DNA of 63,275 bases, filler included, from Chiloscyllium plagiosum (GCF_004010195.1; 4 parts of 2 records of this genome joined end to end with filler, not necessarily neighbours in it); one strand, 5' to 3'. Positions 12,504 to 26,491 are shown, numbered from the whole stretch's first letter. A program made the numbers and translations. Notes: generated by a model from the letters alone, not told the origin.

Positions 12504-13304
12504 TTAGCTAAATCTTGAGAACTGTGAAACCATTGTAATACAGTGGAATGTCTACAAAAGTATTTGTTTACTATGAATACTATTGGCATGCTTTGATGTC
12601 CGGGATAAGTTTTGTACTTAATTGCACCATTGGGTCAGTACTTTAGGATAAATGTGAAGCCAAAAGAGAGCCGAAAGAACCACAAGAAGGTTAAGAAAGA
12701 TGTTTCTGAGGATGAAGGACATCAGTTACTTGACAAGATTGGAGAAGCTGGATTGCAATGCATTGCAAACTATTCAGCCCATCAAGTCCACTCAGTCACT
12801 GAATGAGATAATGGCTGTCCTGATCATCTACAAATCCCCTTTCCTGCCTTTTGCCTTTAACACTTGATTCCCTTACTGATTAAAAATCTGTTTCTCTCAG
12901 CCTTGAATATATAAAAAATGACCCAACCTTGAAAACTCTCTTTGGTAAAGAATTCTATAGATTCACTATTCGGCCTGAGAGAAGAAATTCCTCCACATCT
13001 CTGTTTGAAATGTGGAACCCCTTGTTGAGTGTTTCTGCCCTCTGCTCCTAGACTCTCCCTCAAAGGGAAATAACCTCTTCCACATCTTCCCTGGCAAATC
13101 CCCTTTAGACTGTGTATGTGTCAATAAAGTTGCCTCTCATTCTTCGAAATTCCAGTGAATACAGACTCAACCTACACATAAGACAGTCAATCAGTTTCAG
13201 GCATTAACAGTCTCGTTAACAGTCTCTGTACTGCCTCTAATTAACCTTCTCTGAACTGGCAACATCCTAAAGCCCATGAGTGATTGCCAGCAAAAAGTTT
13301 CCAA

Positions 13305-13810
13305 ATCTTTTTTTAAAATCGCAAAAATTTATTTTATTAATAAAATAATTATTGAAGCAGACCTGTACAGTCTTTGTGGATGGAGCAGAAAACAAACATT
13401 GGGTTTTGACTTTCTTGATAGTTACAACAAATTCAAAGACATTTCTTAATTATGCAAGGTACTATTTACATATATTTGAGGCACCCAGGGCAGGGGGGGG
13501 ATGTGCTTCCAATAACTGAAAGGATCCACATTATACTTCAGCAGGAAGATCTCAGACAGTGGCCTTCCCCCTCTGTGCCTACCCCAGGCTTTAGTGCATC
13601 CCTCGGCACGTTGTCCTGGACCTTGCAATGTGCCAGTCTCCAACACTCAGTCGGAGTCAACTCCTTCAGCTGGAAGACCAACAGGTTTCAGGCAGAACGA
13701 AGGGCATCTTTCACTGACGTTTGTCTCAGTGTGCATCTTGGGGAACAGACCGTAGAGCACGGAGTCCTGATCATGGAGCCGCTCAGGACAAACCAATCAA
13801 AAACCTCTGC
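13305..13810 (-). mobile_element. Tx1/L1-clade LINE 3' fragment
   Basis: Minus-strand translation DSVLYGLFP...SVKDALRSA*NLLVFQLKELTPTECWRLAHCKVQD resembles the Tx1 ORF2 C-terminus, and the piece ends in AATAAA plus an A-rich tail. Confidence 0.6.
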
Positions 13811-15119
13811 ATCTTTTTCTAGACATTCTTTGTAATGGCACATTCAGAGGGAGGTGTGTGACAGTCAAGAGTCCTGAAAAACCAAGTGAGTGCTGATTGA
13901 GATACAAAATAAATGGTAATGTGACATTCAGCATACAGCAGTTCCTACAGATAACAAGATTACAGTTTAAAAATGTGAAAAATGTCGACAAAAAATCCCA
14001 AAGCCCTCTTTCAGAAATAGAATATGAGAGCTCACTCAATCTCTACAATCCCTGCTGTCTAGTCTGTTGGTTCTTGTAACATTCATGGGGATTTCACTGT
14101 AAACTAGAATCAAGGAGAAACTCAATCATCCTCTAAAACATGGAGAATAGAGATGTAAACTGGGGCAAACCGTGTAACACGAATATGTCGCACTTCATAA
14201 AGTACACAATGTTACTGTTAGCGTTCTTAGTCTTATTTTGTTCAATTGGAAGTTGACTAACAATTTTTAAAATTTCTTCTGATAGCTTATCATTACAGTA
14301 ATGTTCCTGCAATGAAGTTTATAATTGTGAATTCACCAAATGATCCATTTTTACACTGCACTGATATCAACTGTAATCAGTATTTGATAAAAACGATGCC
14401 TTTCCTTCCAAGTACAATCACGATACTGTATTAATATATTCACATCACAGCACAAACCATATCTCTTGGCAAAATTCTCCTCTGTTGAAAGCTTCACAAC
14501 TCAATTGTCCACATGAGTACACTTCCTGTTGTAGCAACAAGCTTATTCCATGTAATTCATGAAAACAATTTCATGGGCTGTTTTCATGGCAGCAAAAGCA
14601 TAAATTAGTCAGGAGGAAAGGAAAAAGCTAAAGAGACACAAAAATGGTTGTAACGGAAGGATTTAGAAAGCTTATGAAAGAAGCCATGCAATGGACAAAG
14701 GAATCATGAAGGGATTTGACAGCAAAGACGAAATTATTAAATTCAGTTCACTGGGGCCAGAGCTGCAATTGGCAAGGCTGAAAGTGATGGAAGTGCAGGG
14801 TTTTGAGAATGTGAAGATAAAGGCTGCAGCAGTGTGGCCGAGGTGTATAGTCCATGTAGAACATCAGTTCCGATGTGATTGAAGTGGGTAATAACATTGA
14901 ATGGTGTGCTACAACAGAAGCCTTGCCTGAATCCATTCTCTAAGCTAATAGTCGTAAACTCAATTATAATGCTCTCATCATTACCCCATCTGAGACTAGC
15001 TACAAAGATACTGAGTGATTGCCCATTATGCTGAAATGGCCCCTGTACTTGTACAGAATTGACCAATGTTGTCAGCCTATAGTGACAGGCCATGTCTGTA
15101 CATGCACCAACCTTGTCAT

Positions 15120-15430
15120 GAGGCTGGAGGTGAGAGGGCCATGGAGGCTGGGAGTGAGGGAGAGATGGAGGGGGAGGGTGGAGTGAGGGAGAGATGGAGG
15201 GAGAGGCTGGGAGTGAGGGGGAGATGGAGGGTGAGGCTGGAGTGAGGGGGTGATGAAGGATGAGGCTGGAGTGAGGGGTGATAGAGGGGGAAGCTGGTGT
15301 GAGGGGTAATGGAGGGGGAAGCTGGGTGTGAGGAAGGTGGAGGGGGAGGGGGGAGTGAGGGGGAGATGGAGGGGGAGGCTGGAGTGAGGGGGAGATGGTG
15401 GAGGATACTGGGTGTGAGGGAGTGATGAAA
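15120..15430. repeat. GA-rich minisatellite, unit about 29-30 bp
   Basis: Repeated ggagtgagggggagatggagggggaggct variants, roughly 10 copies. Confidence 0.85.
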
Positions 15431-16237
15431 GAGAAGCTGGGAATGATGAGGTGGAAGTTCTCCTCTATGACTGTCTGTGGAGCTGGTCTCTGTGGCTGGT
15501 GTTCCTTCCCAGCATCCACCTTGATGCCTGCCCCCACCACCGTCCCAGCTGCAGTGCTTCCTGGGAAGGTATCTTTGTAGATCTAGCAAACTGTACCTGG
15601 GGACCAGAGCTGCTGCTACACCAGTTTCTCCCAACACCTTCTACTCCATCTTTCTGCTGGGACAGCTCTTCAATGATTAGGCTTGAGCACAGTGTGAAGC
15701 ACCGTTCCTTGCTACAGCATCTGAGGTGAAGTCAAGCTGGACTTAAACTATAGCACCAGAGGCAGAAAATGCCAAAGATCTGGCCCACTACAAGGTCTCC
15801 TATCTCACTCACCATAAGATTCTCTGTGAGACATAACAAACATCTCACCTGCAAACTGAATAAGGCCAAAAGCAGAAGGTTGAGTCAGAAACCTCATCCC
15901 CGGCCATGGTGGAGTAGACAGCAGGGAAATCACATACCACCACATTTTACACGCAAGAAGAATTTAGAATTGGATTATTATTTGTCAGACAGTTAGAATG
16001 TACATCCTAGAGGATAAGTGAACAAAGGTTTGCACAACAAGAGTATACCATCGTAATAAGAACCTATTCTTTGGATTCCAGTCTTGAAGTCAAAGAATCC
16101 ACAGGAAGTATTGTGAAATCAGTTCTTAAATGTGCTGGAAAAGTCATTAACCAGAGGAAAGATCATTTACATTTTAGTGACTTCTTAAAGATACGCCTAG
16201 ACAAGGTATTTGCGTTATAATGACTTTGTCACAATTT

Positions 16238-16755
16238 GGAGAAAGTGAGGATTGCAGATGCTGGAGAGTCAGAGTCGAAAGATATGGCGCTGGAAAAGCA
16301 CAGCAGGTCAGACAACATCCGAGGAGCAGGACAGTCAACATTTTGGGCATACGCCCTTTATCAGGAATGGTGTGGATGTGTTGGACTGGGCTGGACAAAG
16401 TTACAAATCACAACACCAGGTTATGGTCCAACAGATTTATTTGGAAGTACAAGCTTTCAGAACATCGCTTCTTTGTAAGGTAGCTAATGGGGCAGGATCA
16501 TAGTTTACAGAATTTATAGTAAGTGGCCAACCATTTCAACTCCCCCTCTCTATCCCTCAAGGACATGCAAGTTCTAGGCCTCCTCCATCGCTAAATCCAA
16601 GCCACCTGCCAATAGCAGGAAGAACGCCCTCATCTTCTGCCTTGGGACCAGCAACCACCAGGGAGCAACATCGACTTCACCTGTTTCCAAATCCACCCTC
16701 CCCCACCTCATCCCAGATCCAACCTGCCTGACCTGCTGTGCTTTTCCAGCGCCTC
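16238..16755. mobile_element. Composite: inverted family-A pLTR, family-B repeat, and PLE GIY-YIG tail
   Basis: 16522-16690 (+) reads VANHFNSP...DMQVLGLLH...LIFCLGT (frameshifted), typical of the PLE endonuclease C-terminus, and runs into family-A repeat sequence. Confidence 0.65.
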
Positions 16756-17836
16756 CCTCTTTGGCATGATTTGTCCAGTGTTCCTTTTATCTCAGGGAGT
16801 CTCATAATTCAATATGATTTGGCAGTGTAGTCTGAAAACTGGAGCCAGACCGTTCAGGAGAGATATTAGCAAGCATTTCTACACACAAAGGGTAAGAGAG
16901 GTTTGGAGCTCTCTTCCACAAAAGGCAGTGGATGCTGGATCTATTGTTAATTTTAAATCTGAGAGAGGTAAATGTTTGTTGAGTGAAAGTATTGAGGGAT
17001 ATTGGCCATAGGTAGGTATATGAAGTTAGGCCACAGATCAACCAGGATCACATTAAATGGCAGAACAGGCTTGAAGGGCTGAATAGCCTCCTCCTGTGCC
17101 TTTGTTCCTCTCTAGGAAAGAAGGTAAAGAAAAGGTCACCTGACCTCTCAGCTCCATTTTGTTTTAAAGAAGGCTGTCAATTTTGGGGTTATACCTCATA
17201 ATTCCATATTGTTGAGCCTGACACATGAGCAACATATTATAGATGAGAATGGCTTTTCTCATTCTTGTGGAGCTGGTTTCTACTTTCTTACCCACATTCT
17301 GAATACGGAAACCTTTACATTTTGGGGTCCTTGGTGAAAACTTCTTCCTAGGATTTTTTTTCCAAAGTTTATAGGGCTTAAGCCACTTCAGACTGTTATA
17401 GTTTGCAGGTGTTTTATTATTGGCTGCTGCTTTTACATTGGGATTAGAAATTTACATTCATCACACTTACCACTCAGAAATGTCTTGAATGTGACAATTT
17501 TATTTGAAATGTTGAATATGCTGTAAGCACTATTTCCCCTCCCAACCCAGCAACCATTATGCATTATTATAAGACAGTGTGGAGTGAGGAATAGTTCAGA
17601 ATGAGTAATAAGGCTATAAAATGCCTTACAATCTCAAACATCATAAGCAAGGCAACATGGACATTGTCTAAACTTCAAAATCAACTTTCTGGCTTTCACT
17701 GCGGTGACCATTTCTGGATTAGATAGTGAATAATATTGAGAGTTACATTTAGAATTGAACTGACATGTTCTGATAATTGTCAAAAAGTGTGGCGCTGGGA
17801 AAGCACAGCAGGTCAGGCAGTATCCAAGTAGCAGAG

Positions 17837-17872
17837 AGTCGACGTTTCAGGTATAAACCCTTCATCAGGAAT
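17837..17872 (-). ncRNA. Minimal hammerhead motif in a family-A repeat
   Basis: Minus strand: ATTC-CTGATGA-A-GGGT ttat ACCT-GAAA-CG-TC-GACT. Core intact, one stem I mismatch. Confidence 0.6.
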
Positions 17873-18304
17873 ATGCGGGGGTGGCGGGGTGGTTGCTGAG
17901 AGATAAATAAGGGAGAAGGGAGAGCTGGGGGGAAGGTAGTTTGGAAGGTGATGGGTCTGTTTTAGGACTGAAGAGCTTCAGGACAGACGAGATAACCTGG
18001 TGTGGGGGGTTGGTGCAGGGAGAGAGAAACTCACTGTCCTGCTATGAGCCTCTTCAGCTACATCCTGAAGCAGGCCTATCACCTTCCAAACTGCCTTCCC
18101 CCCAGCTTCCCCTCATCCCACTTATTTATTTCTCCCCTCTCCCCCCACCCCAGCATCTGCAATCCTCACTTTCTCCATGTTCTGATAATTGTAAGAGCTA
18201 CAGTCAGGTTTGCACTGCAGCATTATGATGGTGGTGTGATTACTATGAATACAAAAGGAACCATTTATTTTGAAATTCTAAGAGAATCACCAACACTGCT
18301 ACAT

Positions 18305-18570
18305 CACAGAATCACTACAGTGTGGAAGCCAGCCAGTTGGACCGTCAAGTCCATTCCAAAAAGCATCCCTCCCAGACCCACCCCCCAATAACCCTGCATT
18401 TAAATGGCCAATCCACCTTTGATTTTTGGAAAGAAACCAGCGTACCCAACAGAAGCTCACACAGATACAGGGTGGATACACAAACTCCACACAGAAAGTC
18501 ACCCCAGGGTGGAATTGAACCCATGTCCCTGCACTGAGGCAGCAGTGCTAACCACTGAGCCACTGTACCA
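18305..18570 (-). mobile_element. V-SINE, degraded
   Basis: caaactccacacag...ggaattgaaccc...gcagcagtgctaaccactgagcc matches the SINE head in reverse. Confidence 0.75.
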
Positions 18571-20595
18571 TCCATATCATCAAGCATAATTACACTGGAT
18601 AGTTGAGTGTTGTTGATATGCACTCGGAAGAAATATATGAACTGAGATTTAGGTCTAAAAATAGTATACTGGATTAGTAGCAAATGTCTAGAGAAACGCA
18701 ACAGTGCATCCTTTGTGGGAGTAACAATGAGCATTCATAGGACAACGTTTGATCTTTTGTGCCTGTTACCCACAAGAAATAGCCTGACAGCTAAGCTGGG
18801 AATTAGTGACTTCAAAATGCCCAAACCTCTCACCTGAAACAGCCATCAAGTACTATATAGTGAGAATGCTAATCCAAGGACTAATGCAGAATCTGTGGGC
18901 ATTAAGGTTCTTGTTAACTGTGTAAATCTTGTACCGTATAATCGAGTTGTCTTTGATCTTCAGTGTGTAACCAGCAATTTTCAAAGTAACTGCTGAACAC
19001 AAGCAAAAACAATGTTTTATTTATGATTTTTGTGAAGATTTGTAACTCAAATTGTGGTTCAGGAACAAAACCTTGCAGCTTAGCAAGAAAACTTACAATC
19101 TGAATGTTATATTTAGTTTGGTTTTTGTGGAGCTGAGGTGTTGACCAGTAGTGTCTGGGCCCACCTCCCTTTACTCCCCTTAGCCTGATTGCCTCTCTAT
19201 TGTCCAAGGACCTGTCTCCAGCTGCCATTCATAAGGCCCCCAATGAGAAAATATATTGCTGCATCTTATTTGTATCTGCAGTTTGATTGATTTCTGTGTA
19301 AAGCAGGAGATCTAGATTTGATAAGTCTTGGGACAATATTTTGGCAAGTTCCAATTACACTATGAGCCAACATTTGTTAGAGTAGACCATTTCATAGTAT
19401 TCCAGATTTGACTACTCTCCCAGCACCATTTAGCTCAATGAAAAATAAACCTGGAAGTGGCTGGAAATACAAACTCACAAAGCTGTGAATAGACAAGCAG
19501 GACTTTGGTGAACAGTGGAACAAGCAGTATATTAATCAATACAGCAACAATGTGCACTCACAAAGTGCATTTAATTCAATAAAACATCCATTACATAAAG
19601 CTGGGTGTTATAGGCAAAATGAGATTCTGAGCCACAAAAGATGAAATTAGTGCAGCTAACTAAACATTGGGTCAAATAAATAAATTATAAAATTTTAAAG
19701 AATGTCTTGGAGCATCAAGAGGAGTAAACAGTCAGCGGTGTTTGGAGGGAATTTGAGAGTTTAGGACTTGGTCAATCAAGATCTATTCTTCCATTACTGG
19801 AATGATTAAAATTGGGAATGCATAAAAGTTACACATTGCATGAGTCCAGATGGGTTGTGGGACTGGCGATAAATAGATAAAAGCACAGTGATGGATTTGA
19901 AAACAAGAATAAGCATTTTAAAAATAAGAGATTTGCAAGTTCAGGAGTAATTAGTGAGCACATGGATGATGGGTAAATGAGACTGGTACGTGCTATCAGA
20001 TCATGCATTTGGGTTGCAGCAAAAATATGGATGACCTGAAGTTTACTGAAGTTAAAATATGGACAGCAAACCACCATTGTGTTAGAATATTCAATCCCAG
20101 AGTCAACAAAAGCATGAATAGTGAGTTTATGTTTTGTTACATTTATGTAAGATATCCAAGATGATTTCACTATTATGGCAGAGGGGAAATTCTGATTGGA
20201 GGAATTCTGATTTTGGCTGGAAATGTAATGAAGATTTGGGAATGACAAATGCGGTGACTGAGGTGAGTTAATCAGACAGGAGGTGAACTGTCAAAATGAT
20301 AGAGTTCAGATGAAATCCCAACTTAGTAACGTGGCAGTGGTAGTTTCTGACTTGTGCTGCATCTGAATGCCATTATTTTAAAAAGTTTTAAGGTAATGAG
20401 AGTTTAAGATTCATTCCAAATTAAGACAGTGGTTCATAGGAGCCACCTAGCTCAGAGTTCATGTTTGTTTCATTGAGGTGTGCACCAATGGATTTTATAC
20501 AGTCATTTATGAGGCTGGTGGTTATCATTGACGAACTCAGTGGCACAAGAGAGAGATGCAGGAAAATGGCAGCCTAAATATAGGGTTCTAATGAA

Positions 20596-20659
20596 TAGGG
20601 TTGGGTTAGAGTTATGGTTATGGTTAGGATAAGGATTATGGTTAGGGTTAGGGTTCAGG
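20596..20659 (+). repeat. Degenerate (TTAGGG)n-like hexamer run
   Basis: tagggttgggttagagttatggttatggttaggataaggattatggttagggttagggttcagg. Confidence 0.6.
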
Positions 20660-23465
20660 CTAGTCAGGCATTTAAAGATGTGAAGGAAAAGGGCCACAGA
20701 GGAAACAGAGGATGTCGACGGAGGATAGCACCTGGGCTCAAGGACAGGAAAAGAGAACTCCAAAGGAGGATAGAGGGTGTGCTGAGTAGAGAGGAGTGGG
20801 TGAGTTTAAGCGTTGAAGAGGGACAAACCTGATAATACTGGAAGGATCAATGGTTACCCATTGTATTGTTAAGAAAGGAGTTTCAGGGTTTTGACTCAGA
20901 AACAATGATGTAATGACAATATAGTTGATGTTGAAAAGTGTGGCACTGACAAAGCACAGCTGGTCAGGCAGCGTTCGAGGGGCAGGAAAGTCAACGTTTT
21001 AGGCAGCTTATGCCTGAACCGCTGACTCTCCTGCTCCTCGGATGCTGCCTGACCTGCTGTGCTTTTCCAGCATCACACTTTTCAACTCTGCCTCCCCAGT
21101 ATCTGCAGTCCTCACATCTTTTTTTTTCCAATATCGCTGATGTGAATGGTGTATGGCTTGGAATGGAAATTGCAGGTGAGTGTGTTCTTATATTTTCATT
21201 TGTCTTCTCAGTGTTAAAGATTGCAAGTTTTGGAAGGTGCTGCCTAAGGTTCCTCAGTGAATAGTTGCACGCATCTTGTACAGGGTGCACATTGTCACCC
21301 CTGTGCTGTGGTGATGGAGGGAGTGAATGTTGAAGATGTTAGATGGTGTTCCAATCTAATAAGCTGCTTTGTCCTGGATTGTGTTGGTTTTCCTGAGTGT
21401 TGTTGGAGTCACACCCATCCAGGCAAGTGGAGAGCATTCTATCATCCTCCTGACTTGTCCTTGTAATTAGTGGACAGGTTTCGGTGAAGTGAGAAATGTG
21501 TTATTCAGTGCAGAATTCCACGATTCTGATCTGGTCTTGCAACCAGAATATTTATTTGCCTGATCATTTCCTAGTCAGTTGTAACCTACAGCACAAGGAC
21601 TGCAGCAGTTCATGAAGGCAGCTCACCACTATCTTCTCAAGGACAACTAGGGATAGGCAGTAAATGCTGGCCCAGCCAGCAAAATCCACGACCCACAAGT
21701 GAATATTTTTAAAATGCCTAGAATATTGCAAATGTGGCATTCAGTGATAATAATACCATTAAATGTCAAGGGCTGAAGGTTGGGTTCTCTTTGACTAGTG
21801 ATGGTGATGGTCTGGCACTTGTGTGATGTGAATGTTACTTGCCAAATGTAAATGCTAACCAGATTCTGGATTTCTTCAGTGTCTGAGGAGCTGTGAATGG
21901 CGCTGAACATTGTGCATTCATTGATGAACATCCCCTCTTCTGACCTTATGATGAAGGGATGGTCACTGATGAAACAGCTGCAGATGGTTGGACCAAGGAC
22001 ACTAATTTGCTGGGGTTATACTCTAGATCAGTGATTGGCTGGGTTGGATCTGCCCTGCTTTCTTTTGTGCACAGGATAATCCTGGACAAATTTCCATATT
22101 ATTGGGTAGATGTCAAGAGACACAGAACCCAGACAATGAGTGCAAACTTGTGTTAATGATTTTTTCCTACATATATGTAGCTAATATCATTAATAAACTT
22201 CAAGACAGCTGTCTCAACAAGAACCTGACTCTCTCTGGTGTGTGTTATTGGATTAACATATATAAAACTACAAAGTGCATCAGAGTGTAAGGTAAGGGTT
22301 TCTCAGACAGTGTAACTGATCCCATCCAAAAACTCACTTGTTTTATCCAGGGGTGTTATAGGAATAGTCCAGTGTAGAGTGGGTGAAAGGTGTTAAGGAG
22401 AATGGGAAAAGTTGAAAATCTCATTGCTCAACAGTTGTATGGTCTGAATTCATAGACACATGTTCCCATATCATTGTTTGACTTTTTTTACACAGTTTAC
22501 TTTGTAGATTAAATGTGGATCTCATACACACAGCCTTTATTTAACCATATGAGCAGGAAGTGGGGATGCAACAACTGAGAACACAAGGCCAACAGGAAAC
22601 AAATAGAGTTGGGTAGATGGTCAGGAAGCAGCCATCCAGGGAAGGTAAAAGGGAGGAATGTCACTGTCATGGCAACATCTCTTCAGGATTTGATCAAACA
22701 ACCTCAAAATGTCAGAGAGGCAACATAGAGCTTCCAGGAGGTGTCCTGAAAAGTGATCACAACTGTTTGCCCAATCCTGTATTTACATGGATTTGACAAC
22801 AAGTCGATGTTGGTAACCCTCAAAATAACTGCAGCACTCAAGTTCATTTCCATCAGCTGCTTCCTAGAGTCTATGGTTGACATGAGACATCTTATAGGTC
22901 ACAGCTCAAATACATCAACGAAATGACCACCAGTTGTACCAGTGAGTTAATTGGGTTTATCACAGATGATGACAGCCAGGGCAAAGAGTATTGTTGTCAT
23001 TGCTCATTACACAAGAATGTCAGGGGTAATTGGTAGTTCTCATGTTCCCTTTATTCTCTGTTCCCCAGGAACAGCCAATGGTATAAGTGAATGGTAATAG
23101 TTTATAAACTGGAAATTACTGTTGCAAACAATTAATAGATAAATGAGTACTACATTGAACTGCTCCTCCAGATTTATTTCTATCTGTTCCTGATGATATT
23201 TTCTATAGTAGTCACCTATCAAACAGCTTTGTTTGTTGGGGTAGTATACTTGTCTAAAGATAAAGGAAATGTAAAATCACCACAGTGCCAGAGGATCATT
23301 TAGCAGCCCTCTCATGAGCGAGAAGACTGGTGGTGATTTGACCTGAGAGTAATCATATTTATTTCTCATTGGAAAGAAAACAAGAACAGCAATTGACCCT
23401 ACACTTCACTGAATCCCTGAAGATGAACACTACCAAAAACCCTTTGTATGTATAAGTTCAAAAGT

Positions 23466-23701
23466 AGGAGAAAGTGAGGACTGCAGATGCTGGAGTATCA
23501 GAGTTGAAAAATATGGTGCTGGAAAAACACAGCAGGCCAGGCAGCATCCGATGAGCAGGAAAATCGACGTTTCGGGCATAAGCCCTTCCTCAGGAATGAG
23601 CTCATTCCTGAAGAAGGGCTTATGCCCGAAAAGTCGATTCTCCTGCTCCTCGGATGCTGCCTGGCTTGCTGTGTTTTTCCAGCACCATATTTTTCAACTC
23701 T
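23466..23701. repeat. Head-to-head family-A PLE terminal repeats forming a 202-bp palindrome
   Basis: 23500-23600 versus 23601-23701: 5 mismatches in 101 by manual count, no spacer, centred on GAGCTC. Confidence 0.9.
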
Positions 23702-24019
23702 AAGTTTAAAAGTATCCAAGTTGTATTGGATTCCCACAACAGAATAATTTTGGTAAATGGAAGATAGCCCAGCAGCAACCATGATTTTTTTAACTTATAA
23801 TATTTTATGACAACAAAAATCTTTAATATAGCAGGCCTAATAGACACACTGGAGACTGGGCATATTCTTTGCTGCATTGTTAACAATTCATTCTGGAGCC
23901 TGCTAACTGACAACGAGGGAAATTGAAATCAGGTTCACTCACCAATCAGAACTCTGCTGGAACTGATCTTTGAGATGTTGCAATGTTTCTGAATCTGAAT
24001 CCATTCAGCAGACTGACAC

Positions 24020-24950
24020 AAGCATACAAGTTAATGACCAGAGGAGACCACCTGCTCCTTTGACTGTTTGATGCCATTCAACATGATGGCTGGTCCATAA
24101 AGGCCACATTCCCGACTGCCCTTCCTTGCCCCTTACTTATCAAGAATGTATATTCCTTGTCTCAAAAGCATTCAAGTCTCTGCTTCTACTGCCTTTTGTG
24201 GCAGCGGAATCCAACAATTCATGACTCTGTGACAAAAGAAAATCTCCTTAACATTGTCTTAACTGTGCAATCCATTATTTTTAACAGTAGCATCTAATTC
24301 TAGATTCTTCCAAGAAAGGAACCATACCTATCACACCCACCCTGCTCAACACCTAGTATATATCATTCAAGTCACCTCTTACTTCTCTGAACTTCAGTGG
24401 ATACAAACCTAGTATTTAATCTTTCCTCATGAGACAACATGTACATTCCATGCATTAGCCTAGTAAACATTTTCTTCGAATGTTTCCAATGTATTTGCAT
24501 TCTTCCTTAAATACGGTACTTCACATGTGGTCTCACCACTACCCTGTAACATTGAAGCAAAACAACTCAATAGTTCTATTCAATTCTCTCTTTGCAGTAG
24601 ATGAGAAGATTATCATGCCTTTCCTGATTACTCGCTGTCCTTGCATACTGGCCTTTTGCGATTCAGGCATTAAGAACCTAGATCCCTTTGCACCTCAGAA
24701 CTCTGTCATCTCACACCATTCAGATCATAGACTTCTTTTGTATTCTTCCTCCCAAAATGAATAATTTTGCATTCTGATTCATGGTATTCTACTTGTTAGA
24801 ACTTTACCCAGTCCCTTTTCCTGTTTATATCTGGTTGTCATATATTGATGACCACCTAATAACATTGCATAATCATCAATTTTAACAATTTTCATCCCTT
24901 CATCCAAGTCATTTGTATCAATTGTAAAACAGCAAGGCCTTAGCACCTAT
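24020..24950 (-). mobile_element. Old CR1/L2-type LINE fragment
   Basis: Degraded reverse-strand ORF2 3' region, similar to 36375-37140 and 12790-13260. Confidence 0.6.
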
Positions 24951-25244
24951 TCCTGATGAGGGGGTAGAGCTACAAAAGCATGTGATTTCAAATAAACCTG
25001 TTGGACTATGACCTGATGTCATGTGACATCTGACCTTGTCCACCTCAGTCCAACACCGGCACCTCCAACACTCAGTATATCTTCACAACCTGAAAGTAAC
25101 CAATTTATTTGCTCATATTTTTCTGCTAGTTAGTTAATCTTCTACACATGCTAATACATGATCCCCTAAACCGTGAGCTTTTATTTTCTGCATATTGTGT
25201 TGGTAGCTTATCAAATGTCTTTGGGATCATCCACTAATTCACTT

Positions 25245-25564
25245 TAGATTAGATTAGATTCCCTACAGTGTGGAAACAGGCCCTTCAGGCCAACCTGTCC
25301 ACACCGACCCTCCGAAGAGTAACCCACCCAGACATTTTACTCTCTGACTAATGCACCTGACACTATGGGCAATTTAAGCACGGCCAATTCACCTGACCTG
25401 CACATCTTTGGACTGCGGGAGGAAACCGGAGCACCCGAAGGAAACCCACGCAGACACGGGGAGAATGTGCAAACTCCACACAGACGGTCGCCTGATGCTG
25501 GAATCGAACCTGGGACCCCGGTGCTGTGAGGCAGCAGTGCTAACCACTGTGCCACCATACCACC
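25245..25564 (-). mobile_element. tRNA-derived V-SINE (HE1-like), full length
   Basis: Complete head, V core and (ttaga)n tail. Confidence 0.9.
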
Positions 25565-25811
25565 CCATTCACAAAACTATGTTGACTCTGCCTGATTACT
25601 TGAATTTTTTGAAGCATCTTGCTATTATACTCACTTTAATAATAGTTTCTAATGTCTTCCCTGCAGCAGATGTTAACAGACCCGTGCCTCTTGCCCCCTA
25701 TCTCCCTTTCAGTTTGAATAAAGAAGTTACATTCGCTATTTTCCAGTATGAAGGGAGTTCTAGGATATTAAAAAACTATCTCAAAAGCAATGGCTTTCGG
25801 AATACTGCTCC

Positions 25812-25846
25812 CACCTGATGAAGGAGCAGTGCTCCGAAAGCTAGTG
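25812..25846 (+). ncRNA. Minimal type-I hammerhead motif, family B
   Basis: CAC-CTGATGA-A-GGAGC agt GCTCC-GAAA-GC-TA-GTG: stem I CAC/GTG, palindromic stem III AGCT. Confidence 0.75.
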
Positions 25847-26491
25847 CTTCCGAATAAGCCTGTTGGACGATCACCTGGTGTTGTGTGATTTTTAACTTTG
25901 TACACTCCAGTCCAACACCAGCATCTTCAAATCATACCTCACAAGCCACTTTTTTTCAGATCCTAAGATGAAATCCGTAAGGATCTAGGCAATTGTCAGC
26001 CAGCAGCTTGAATAATCCATTCTGCACCACTTCAGCATATCAGTGTTGTGAGTAAAACACTGTTTTTCCATTTTTGAGTGGTGTATGTGGCAACAATAAG
26101 ATGAATTTCCTCATACCAGAGTGTTTCAAATCAACTCAGGAGAACAATCTCATCCACCATTTCATTTCTCTATCTCTTTCTTAAACCAGTGATTTATCTA
26201 AGGCTGATAACTTAGTTCCAAAGTGGGCCAATTATGGGTTATCAGTAAAATCAGATATAACCACCAGAAAACCATTGCTAAGAAATCATATTTGTTCTTG
26301 TTACAACGCTGTTGGGACTGTCATACTTAAAAACGAAATCTGAGCAACCAGCATTTAACCACCTCAGTTTTCCCAAGTTTAAACATAAGCTTTTCTGTAT
26401 ATGAGAAAGAATTAAACATAATAACACCATTAATATTATAGCTGGTATAGATGTTTATTGTAAATTCAGTTCTACTTTTCAGTCTTCAGTC

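Noticed and set aside
14558..14588. 10-bp inverted repeat catgaaaaca/tgttttcatg
   Set aside because: Too short and AT-rich to exceed chance in 63 kb.
14743..15637. Proline/serine-rich ORFs (265 aa and 173 aa)
   Set aside because: They read through the GA-rich minisatellite and have no domain or splice support.
22660..22960. Possible Harbinger transposase remnant (TLKITAALKF...)
   Set aside because: Only a ~15-aa resemblance amid stops, which cannot be supported without a profile search.
23040..23222. Possible minus-strand exon GDYYRKYHQEQIEINLEEQFN
   Set aside because: Weak donor, no recognisable protein match and no partner exons.
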